Source: Proteromonas lacertae (lineage: Eukaryota). From it: a DNA stretch of 64,000 nt. Under the pieces are notes generated by a model, which saw nothing but the letters and a program-made list of their open reading frames with translations, was not told the origin of the DNA and searched no databases. Shown here piece after piece: positions 54,302 through 64,000 of the stretch. The stretch spans positions 124,001 through 188,000 of the forward strand of contig NGBS01000005.1 of the NCBI GenBank assembly GCA_002245135.1. The letters run 5' to 3'. Position 1 is the stretch's first letter. Every line of letters begins with the position of its first letter. The position numbers and the translations under genes were made by a program.

Positions 54302-55633
54302 ATGATGGAATCAGATACAAATGTAGAAAAGCACACAAACTCTATGACGATTGTTGAGTTAGTATTACCTTATATATTTTCTTCTATTGTCACATTAGGA
54401 AGCAATAGTCAAAAAGATTAAAAAGTCGATGAAAATAAGTCAAGATAGTTTATATATTCCATATAGAAAGCGTTCATATCTGATTATTCAATCTTTGATG
54501 TGTATTTTGGTCTATTTTTATCGTTTATTCTAGTGAATAACTATGAAGTTAATCTAATAGACAAATTTTACCTTCTATTGTGGGATAGAAATAAACATCA
54601 AAATTACATTCCACTAGAAACAGTCCTAAGTGATTTTAATTCTCACTATCATGGAATAGTTCAGACATTTTTTCACTACTTTCAAATATATTATGATGAT
54701 TACTTCATATTTGTATGTGCTTTTGCGTTTTGTAATTTATCACAAATCCTTTATATATTACTAGCATCCTGTCAATTATATCCAGCAAAGTACATAACGA
54801 AAGATGAAATAAATCAATTCCTAAAGTCTACAAAGATAGCTCATTGTAGTTATGAAATGCTCAGCAGAATTGCAAGATGTAAAACTAGTAATAATAATCA
54901 TGCAAATACATCATTATCACCAAAATCACTAGAATCTCCATCAAATAACAATGATAATTCTAACTCTTCATCATTATCAGGTGGTACTGCTGCTACATCT
55001 TCCTCATCTACTCCAACTGAACAGTATTATTTAAAGTCATTTGTGGATTTTATACTCTCCTGTGACAATTATAGGAAACTAGTTAGTGATATAAAGAAAA
55101 CACTTATAAATGTAATAATAACTCCACTTATTTATTCATCTATAGTAAAGAGACTTAATTTTTTTACTAATTATCTTAATAATAATAATGCATCAATACC
55201 AAAAGAATCATGTACTGCAAAAACATTGAGAATCTTATTCTCTAATCGACCAGAACCTTATCATTACGACTTTAGACTACAATCAATAACACCAAATGCT
55301 TTTAATGATGTTGTAAGGAATATTATATTGAATTATAGAGCTTCAGGTACTTTGTCACCAGCTTTAGAGATGAATAAAAGAAAAATCAAAAAACACACAA
55401 AAGAGAAAGAAGAAATGAATAAGACGAATAGTAATAATATGTTGATGCTTTCGGATAGAATGCATCATCGTACAAGGCGTGACATACACAACCTTAGAAA
55501 GGCTGATAGTGAGAATAATATGAAATCACCTGAAAAACAACTTAAGTCAATTAGTCCTTTAGAATCGAGTTATCCAAAATTATTTATTAATAAAATAACT
55601 CCTGTACAATCAGCTGAAGAATCTGAGAAATGA
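54302..55633 (+). CDS. Degenerate EF-hand-like family, copy H
   Basis: YEVNLIDKFYLLLW, DYFIFVC, PKESC, PEPYHYDF; Ser/Asn-rich insertion; two introns. Confidence 0.8.
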
Positions 55634-55872
55634 AGTAAGCTATTTAAAACTGTTGTTATTTATAATAATATATTTTTTTATTTGTTAGAAATAATAAAAG
55701 AGTAATATGTGTTAGTGTAAATATGCAGTTGACTTTTACAACTTTTTGTTATAAAAGCTCGAATATCTCTCAAGCCCTCCAATCAGATTTAGTCATATGA
55801 CAAAACAGAAATTATCAAAAAATTTATAACTATCAAAATCTAATCAAAAGCTTAAACTATATTTTTCACAAC

Positions 55873-57195
55873 ATGAGAACCTCTCGTTTTTCTTCAGTTA
55901 ACACAGTAGATAATCCTTTAGGTACAGTTGAAGAGATGGTATAGATTCTTTTTCGATTATATAATTTCACATAGAAAAAGGCATATGCTAGTATGCAAAA
56001 TTTTAAAGTAAATAAGAATTCTGAGCTTATTTTTCCTATAACACAGAATACTTATTTCATGGCTCAGACTTTGTTTTGTATTATTATTCAGTTATGTTCG
56101 CCATAGTAAATAATTATGAAATCAATGTAATAGAATCCCAGTATTTTATGATGTGGAGTCATCACCCAGATTTAACTTATTTACCAAAGCAAGAAATTCT
56201 TTATAATTTTCCTCCTCATTGTCGAGATATTGCAGATTATTTTTTCCGTCAACAAGTAAGTTGTAATGATTTTGTCCTTTTTGTGTGTTTATTCTTATTT
56301 TTTGATGTACCACAACTCATTACCATCCTTTTAACCATGTGTAAAGTATATAGCAACATATTTATTACTGAAGTATACTATATATTTTATTAATTCTTCT
56401 TAATAGTCACAAATCTCTACATTTTTCCAACTTATGCATTTAGATATGGACAATTATGAAGATTTAAAAATATTATTAATACAATCACAACTAGAAATAC
56501 CAGAGTGTTGCATAATGTTTTTTAATTTATCTTATAGTTGTCCAAGTTGTGCATTTTCCGTCAAATTATTCCAAAGATACTTTGAAGATAGTATATCATT
56601 TACAGAGATCATTTACGATTTCAAAACTCAATTATTAAAGTCAACAATTGGTGAAGATATTTTTTTAACAATATCTAAAAGAGTTGAATTTTATTATGAA
56701 AGAAAGCCAACTGATCCAATCCCCAAAGAAAGTTGTTTACATAGACTTACAAGGAAAGCATTTACTAATAAACCATCTCCTTATCATTACGATTATGGTG
56801 TAAAATTCCCAACATTAAAGCAAAGAGATAATATGGTGTTTTTAATAAAACAAAGTTTTGGTTATTCTATTAGGAGTGCTAATTCGTACAAGAAAGATAC
56901 TATATCTGCTAGAGATGTGGTTGAGAAACTAAGTTATCCAAAACTTAATGATTATGGAACACTTTCAAGTACATGTAGGAAACATAATCAACCACATAGA
57001 AGTAGAGGTGTTACATACCCAAGAACCTATTCCAAATCATCAGCTACAATCGTTCCAGATCCTTTTATTCCAAATTCTTCTGATGAGGATGAAAGTGAAG
57101 ATCACTCCAATGATAGTGTAAATTCCCTTCCTTCACCAATGGTTAATGAAAATTACATTGCTATATCAATTGCAAAAGGTAGGAAGAGTAAATAG
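55873..57195 (+). CDS. Degenerate EF-hand-like family, copy I
   Basis: YEINVIESQYFMMW, DFVLFVCLF, VYSNIFIT, PKESC, PSPYHYDY, FGYSIR; four introns. Confidence 0.8.
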
Positions 57196-57400
57196 AAAAT
57201 AAGTCATATTAGTCCATTTTTCACATTGTAAATACATTATTTAATAGTGATGTAAATAAACTAGTAATTAAGTGTAAATTACTAAACTGTTCATAATTGA
57301 TTTTTTTAATTTTTTTTTTATTAAAATGATGAAACGAATATATTTTATCAAAATTGTTTTATAATTTCAAGCAAAGAAGCTTTAATTTATAGAATTGGAT

Positions 57401-59453
57401 ATGAATAACAAGGTTATTAACACTATTTTTGTTAAATCACCAAGACCACAGTATAAGTTTTAAGATCAAAACAACATAGATTTGATACAGATGAAGAATA
57501 CGAGGAATGTGAGGTATAAGATGTGGTATAATTAACTTTTAGGAGAAAACTGAGTCGTTTTTATCACCCATTACACCTGTTTCACCCAATAACTTTCATA
57601 CAACAGTATTTAAATGTTTATATTGTGTAAGGAAACAAGGTGTAACGTTACAATACATAAATTATCTACTTCGGAATATTTAAAAAGAAAATCATCAATT
57701 ATGAATCCAGCATTACAATGTCTAGAATCATATGAAACAGTAGATAGTTCTATTACTAAAAAGGCAAAAATAATAATTGAAGATAGAATAGAACTGCCAA
57801 ATTTCGTCTCTTACTTAAAGGATCAATTTCAGCCTGATATTTTATTATTATGGCAATACATTGAAAAATTCATGTTATATTTTGTTCATAACATATATCC
57901 ACCTCAAGATTTACCTAATTCAATTTTTTCATTTTTTCTTGAAAAAGGAGCTCCATTTGCAATTAGGCATTTAAATAGTATAATTATAATTATATTATAT
58001 AACATATATATAATAGTAACCGAAAGAGAAAGAGAACATCTCAGAAAGACAATTTTAGGAGGTAAATATGACTGTAATTTATTTAACAGAATTTATTACA
58101 GAATAATTCGATATTTAGAATATTCAGAACTTCAAGATTTTCTTTGTAGTGAGTATTATCTATCGAATTATAAACAAAAGCATATTATTTCATATTTATC
58201 TCATATTCCATACAAATTCATTATACAGTCAAATGAAGAAAGTAAATTATTAAAAAGTTTTATAATAGAAAAGTATAAAGATGATTTACCACTCATTGAT
58301 TTTCTAATTACATCCTATTCATATCAAATGAACTATGGAAGTATAGATACAAGATGTGAAATTGCATCTAAATTATTCCAACAATATTTATATCCAAAAT
58401 CACGAATAGCTATTGAAATGAAAGAAGAGGATTATAATGACCTTAAAAATCAAATTGAAACTGGATCATTAGGAAGATATCCATTTAAATTATGTCAAAA
58501 TATTTCATTATATTTATTAAAGAAAGATATAGATACATTATTTCTTATTAGTAGACAAGTATAATATTATTATTACTCTATATATATAGTATATGGAAAT
58601 ATTATCTATTCATTATAATATACCATATGATTTAGTTAAAGCATCTTTACTATCACAAACGTTTAATAAACTAGATAGATATATCCTTTATTTATATATT
58701 GTTTTTTAATAATATTTATCATTTCTTAATGTTTATTTATCTATTGTATCAAATGAATCTAATAGTGATTATAATAAATCAGATGATGAATCATACTCAT
58801 TTTATTCATTTCCTACTTCACACTTAAGACAATCAAAAGTTAATTCAGATTTTACAGTTTATATAAATAGTTCTATATTTGTAAGTAGAACAAATTCAAA
58901 TAGTCTTTCTACAACATCCAATGATAATAATCATAGCAATAATAGTAACAATCACAATAATGAAAAGAATAAAGAGATTGTTCCATTAGAGTATATAAAT
59001 GGATCAAAACCAATATTTGGAATTCAAGGGATTTTAACTGATAAAGATACATTCAGTTTTTTTTCATCTTTTTTATTTGATAAAGTATTTATATTTAATT
59101 ATATGTTTTTAGTATCATTTTAATGATTGTACAAAAATAACTGAATTTCTTCGTTTGTATAATATTGCTGATCAGACTAGTCAGTTAACGTTAAGATCTC
59201 AAAAGTTATATAAAGCTGCTATTAAGTATTTCATTGAGTTAAATCCTTTTCAATATTTATTACCTCCTAATTATTCAAAGAAAATTATTGATTTGTTAAA
59301 AAATAATAAATTTCAAAACGATTCGTTGGTTTCAATAAACAATTGTTTATTAAATGTATGAAATATATGATTATATATGTTTTATAGATATTAGGAGTGT
59401 ATTTTATCCCTCGTTATGAATATTATAAACTACATATTGCTGTATTATCATAA
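57401..59453 (+). CDS. Protein with three divergent RGS (regulator of G-protein signalling)-like domains
   Basis: IIED..ELPNFVSYLK..QPDILLLWQYIEKF..IFSFFLEKGAPFAI; IIQSNE..LLKSFI..IDFL..ASKLFQQYLYPKSRIAI; ILTDKDTFSFFSSFL..AIKYF. Multiple small introns. Confidence 0.6.
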
Positions 59454-59969
59454 GAATAATTATTTAATTTGTGTATGACTTGTTTTTACTAGAGAAGTGT
59501 TTATCATAAGAGATTTAATGATATAGTTATTTTTATGTGATTGAAAAATAAAAAAAGAAATTAAACAAGCTTTTGGCTTGATATTAAAAAATCATTTTAG
59601 CTATAGAAATCATATCAAACATGTTTATCCCATTTTATTCTTTTAAACTAGCAGAATTTGCAATGTTGATGTTGAAAACATTGATTGAAGAGCATTACAA
59701 TTTTGTGATTTTGTTATTGATTTAAAATACAAAACAATATAATATATGTGTTTAATATTGTTTATTTCACTATTATCAAAGTAGCTGATATACTAATTAC
59801 TCAATTAATACAATTAAATTAGTTAATGAATAATTATTGGATATTTGGATTATCAAAATAGCTAATATGTGTTCCTTAAACATAATAAAGCAAAAATGAT
59901 GATTTTAGAATAGGCAAAAAAAGAGGTGAAAAACGATTTTTTAAAAAGTTCGCTTTTTTAAAAACGGAA

Positions 59970-60760
59970 ATGAAAAGTGGATTAAGTATAAATAATTACT
60001 AATATTTATGTAGTTTTACTTGCCTTAATATTAGCTACATACTGTGAAGCTGTGAATGAGAAGGGTGTAAAAACAGCAAAATCTACCAGTGATACTACAG
60101 ACTTCAAGAATTTAATGATGCAAACAGGCTCTGTCACCTTAAATAAGGACTACAAAATATATATGGATGAATAGACTACTGTGTCACCATCATTTTCTAA
60201 ATTGAATGGAAATGGTCATACTATCACATTACATTACACATATTCATATAGTAATAAAAAATTGGGTTTATTCTCAGGCATGTCAGATAAGGAGGTGTAT
60301 GATTTGAAATTTAAAACTACTGAGACTAGTTTTATATCAAGTAGTTTATTTGGATCAATAACTAATTGCCATTTATATAATGTAGAACTAATACTTAGCA
60401 GTGGAGCAACATTTAAAGATTGGTCAGGTGATAATGGACTTATATTTTCAGTTATTACAAGTTCAACCTTGCTAAATGTCAGTGTTACTACCTCACATTC
60501 AATTATTGTTAAAACAGAAGAATATTTAGATAAATATGATGAGAATAACATTGGTGTTATAGCTGGAGGTGTAAAAGGAACATGTACCTTTGCTGGATTA
60601 TATGTATCAGGAAAAATAGAAGTTAAATCAGGAGGGAATAATAATCACTTTGGTGTATTATTAGGAAAGGTATATGAAAGTGCAAATGTAGTAATAATAT
60701 CATCAATAGTTGATATTAATGATTTTATAGTCACATCAAGTCATAGTGTAGGTGGAATAG
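59970..60760 (+). pseudogene. Truncated GLUG-like beta-solenoid surface protein, copy 1
   Basis: Signal peptide exon and intron as in the 62634 paralogue. In-frame TAG at 60172-60174 where the paralogue has TGG. LNGNGHTI, GLF, IGVIAG, VGGI motifs. Homology stops at about 60760. Confidence 0.8.
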
Positions 60761-61463
60761 TTCAATACTATCATCATCAAAGTCTAATAAATAAAATCCA
60801 TCTTTTACTGCATATCTATTAGATATATATTAATCAATATAGAATATAATATATATTTATACAATCTTTTGATTAAAGACACATTTCCATTTTCATCTAA
60901 ACATCTTAACAATAGATATGGTAATAATTGAGGAATTACCATCTCTTTATCAGGTTTGTCTTTAATATAATAACTTTCACATAGTAAGGATATAGCATTC
61001 TGTAAGATAGGCTCAGAGGATAATTGAAATAAAATATCATGTAAAATACACAATATCTGCTTCATTATGTCAGTAATTGTTTTATTTTTCTATTAAATTA
61101 TAACAGAAATATAAATAAATACAATGAGGAAGGAATTAAACAAAGATGTAATTCCTGTAATGAATTTAATAGCATTATCATATTCATCTTTTGCTGGTTG
61201 TGATTGTCCTTCTACAAGTATGTGTGACTCTGACTTTATCAAATCATTTAGTCTGACAAGTAATGCATTCCATAATCTATTGATCATCTAGATATTATTA
61301 GGATTTATAAATATACTTTGTCGGGAATCATATCAAAAGTGTCACTAAAACTAAATGGGTCAGTTTTCTGAAAATCTTTTGCCACATAACTAATAAATGT
61401 AAGCCCATCAACATCATTCTCAATATCACTTAAAAACTGTTCAATATTCGTCTTTTTAACCAT
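60731..61463 (-). pseudogene. NCAPG2: 5' fragment of condensin II subunit CAP-G2 (roughly the first 200 aa)
   Basis: LHDILFQL..LQNAISLLCE....KE..PQLLPYLL..CL....IKRL-YAVKDGFYLLDFDDDSIE matches the CAP-G2 N-terminal pattern; it then runs into antisense GLUG-like sequence and stops. Confidence 0.7.
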
Positions 61464-61486
61464 TTCAAATTTAAAATTCGAAAGTA

Positions 61487-61493
61487 TCAAGCC
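61487..61493 (-). promoter_or_regulatory. GGCTTGA motif (TCAAGCC on +) in the 64-bp NCAPG2/XRCC3 bidirectional promoter
   Basis: Lies between divergent ATGs at 61463 and 61528. Confidence 0.55.
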
Positions 61494-61527
61494 AAACTAT
61501 TCATTTTAAAAATACCGCCAAAGTGAG

Positions 61528-62474
61528 ATGTTCAAAACAGCTGATGAATTATTACATGATTATTACTATAGCAGAATACTATCAACAGGATGTGGTGATA
61601 TAGATGCTTGTTTATGTGGTGGTGTTCCTTTACAAGGAGTAATAGAGTTATCTGGTGAATCATCATCAGGTAAAACTCAACTGGGACTCCAGTTATTACT
61701 TCAGGTATATAAATATATAATGATAATGTTATTCTATAAAAGTAGTGTAATCTTCCTTTAGATGAAGGTGGTTTGAATGGCAATTCAGTGTTTTTATCAA
61801 CTGAAGGTGATTTTTCAATAGACAGATTATCTGAGATGGGTGAATACTTTTGTGTATGAGTGTTTTGTTAATTGTGAATAGAAGAAACATCGAGGATACG
61901 ATATAAACAGTTTATTCGAGTCAATATTTATAGAGAAAGTGTCAACAAATCAAGAGATGGTAGATCTGTTAGTATGTTTGTTGATTATTCTGTTTAGTTG
62001 AATAGACTTCCACTTTTACTAGAAAATTCGAATATAAAGTTAATAGTAGTTGATTCAATAGCCGCAATGTTTCGTGGTGAGTTTGATAATACGTTGCAAG
62101 ATATGAAAAGTCGAACAGAGTGGTTAATTACAATCTCTTTAATCCTTCATCAATTAAATTATAAATATAAAATACCTATATTAGTAATAAACCAAATTAG
62201 TGATGTCTTTGATGGTTCAAATCTCAATTCTAGCTTAATTCGAAATGTTACTCCAGCTTTAGGTAATGTATGGAGTTATTATATAAATCATCGATTTATG
62301 ATTAGTCGATATGGTTCAACAATTCCAAATGGCTTGACGAGCAAACCTGAGAAAGAACTGAGTGATGATATAGATAAGAGTAAGATTCGTAGATTTGATG
62401 TAGTATTTTCTCCAACTCTGAAGAGTTGTTGTTGTTATTTTACGATAGATTCAAGTGGAGTAGTAAATGTATAA
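61528..62474 (+). CDS. XRCC3: RAD51 paralogue XRCC3
   Basis: [29 protein letters not shown] (Walker A), [45 protein letters not shown]....CYFTI...GV; three small introns. Confidence 0.85.
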
Positions 62475-62633
62475 TTTTTGTGTAATTTTTGTGTTGTATA
62501 TAGGATGTTACCATCATTTGGCATTAAATAATAATGAAATAATTCAAAATGCTAAATAAATGGATGTGTAAACAAAAAAACACGTTTATTGTGTGTGAAA
62601 TTTACTTCACACTTTTTTAAAAGAAAAACAGTT

Positions 62634-64000
62634 ATGAAAGCTGAGTTAAGTATTTAATCTTTCTTATATTTTAATAGTTCTACTCATTCTAGTGTTAGTT
62701 ACTTACTGTCAAGCTCAACAGGAGACAACTGTAAAGAGATCAGTGTATGCCACTGATACAGAAGAGTTACAGGATTTGACAAGAACTCCTGGCTCTATTA
62801 CTCTATATAAAGATTATACAGTTGATATGTATGAATGGATTGTAACTTCGCCATATTTTACTAAACTGAATGGAAATGGTTATACAATTACGCTAGACTA
62901 CAGAAATGTAAGAAGTGGAAAGCAATTGAGTTTATTCTCAGGCATGTCAGATAAGGAGGTGTATGATTTGAAATTTAAAACTACTGAGACTAGTTTTATA
63001 TCAGGTAGTTTATTTGGATCAATTACTAATTGTTATTTATATCATGTAGAACTAACACTTAGTTATGCAACTTTAAGAGATTGGTCAGTAAGTGATGGGT
63101 TAATATCTTCGGTAGTGACAAATTCAGCAATGCTAAATGTTGGTGTTACACTAACTTCTCTATTTACTGGTATTACAATGGATTATATATATTCACATGA
63201 CAGCATCAGCATAGGTATTATTGCAGGAAGTGTAAAAGGAACATGTACCTTTGCTGGATTATATGTATCAGGAAAAATAGAAGTTACATCAGGAGGGAAT
63301 TATAATAGTTTTGGTATATTATTTGGAAGTATTGAAAGTAAGGCAAATGTATTAATATCAACATCAACAGTTAATATTAATTATTTTAAGGCAGTATCAG
63401 CTCATTCTAATTATAGAGTAGGTTCAATAATTGGTAAGAACGAAGGAGGTAATGTTGAATTAAAAAAATTATTAGTTAATATATATGGTAATACACATCA
63501 AGAAGCATCTACAAGAAGTTCATTGTATTTTGGAACAGTGATCGGTTCTAGTAGTGGTAAAGTCATAATTAGTAATTCATTTATATATAATACATTTAAT
63601 GTAATTGAAATATATACAGGAGCTACCTTCAAAAGTGGTGGAGTTATAGGTACAGCAGAGTATTCAACATTATCAATTACTAATTCTTCAGTAATTATAA
63701 AGTTTTCATTAAATGCTATACCTACGAGTTGTTATGGTGGATTTTTAGTCGGTTATACTGATAGAGCTAATGTTAAATTAAACTACAATATGTTTGCTAT
63801 AATGTTTGTAACATTTAACTATCCATTTAAATATTATGATATAGGTAATGATGATTATTCAACATCACTTTCTGCAACAAATACATATTATTATTATAGT
63901 AGATATGGTACTCATACTATTTATATTAGACACTATTCCATTCAGCAATTAAATGGCCCTTTATCAAATCCTTCATTACTTTTACCTGATTTTAATTATG
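62634..64000 (+). CDS. Secreted/surface GLUG-like beta-solenoid protein, copy 2 (open to window end; missed by the ORF track)
   Basis: MKAEL-[28-nt intron]-ILLILVLVTYCQA signal peptide, then an uninterrupted frame with LNGNGYTI, IGIIAG, FGILFG, VGSIIG, FGTVIG, SGGVIG, YGGFLVG repeats. Confidence 0.8.

Noticed and set aside
18535..60174. Stop-codon reassignment (in-frame TAA at 18535, TAG at 60172)
   Set aside because: Both lie in genes with other lesions. Conserved genes have no internal stops and end normally in TAA, TAG or TGA.
14906..60551. Short antisense ORFs over CDK5RAP3, the protease, PUF, the Sfi1-like gene and the GLUG-like gene
   Set aside because: Low-complexity F/L/I/Y-rich mirror translations with no motifs or splice structure.
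1..64000. tRNA, rRNA, CRISPR arrays, transposase or reverse transcriptase genes, prokaryotic operons
   Set aside because: No such structures or motifs seen; the DNA is intron-containing eukaryotic sequence.

Overview
Very AT-rich (roughly 25% GC by eye), gene-dense eukaryotic nuclear DNA read with the standard genetic code. Genes carry many tiny GT-AG introns (about 25-48 nt) and intergenic spacers of 10-150 bp. These traits, plus GT-rich TGTTTGTT-like elements behind stop codons and the style of the surface proteins, suggest a Blastocystis-like (Opalinata, stramenopile) gut protist; this is an inference. Recognisable genes: dual-specificity phosphatase, J-less secreted DnaJ-like protein, GT17 glycosyltransferase, FCP1-type CTD phosphatase, HBS1, a pseudokinase, CDK5RAP3, a PCGF-type RING protein, a lid-less Hsp70, PSMG3, RNF10, a thioesterase, a PUF protein, RCHY1, a triple-RGS protein, XRCC3 and a truncated NCAPG2. 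Most notable: (1) a 16-kb array of nine divergent paralogues (plus a probable relic) of an unnamed family that looks like calcineurin-B/NCS-type EF-hand proteins with dead Ca2+ loops, directly next to a ~2100-aa p25alpha + Sfi1-like (centrin-binding type) repeat protein; (2) a multiply disrupted 5-kb metzincin surface-protease gene; (3) a tail-to-tail junction truncating both NCAPG2 and a GLUG-like surface gene; (4) a PX/pseudo-nucleotidyltransferase/LOTUS-like fusion; (5) a recurrent GGCTTGA promoter motif. Gene models were spliced by hand and family calls rest on remembered motifs, not database searches.
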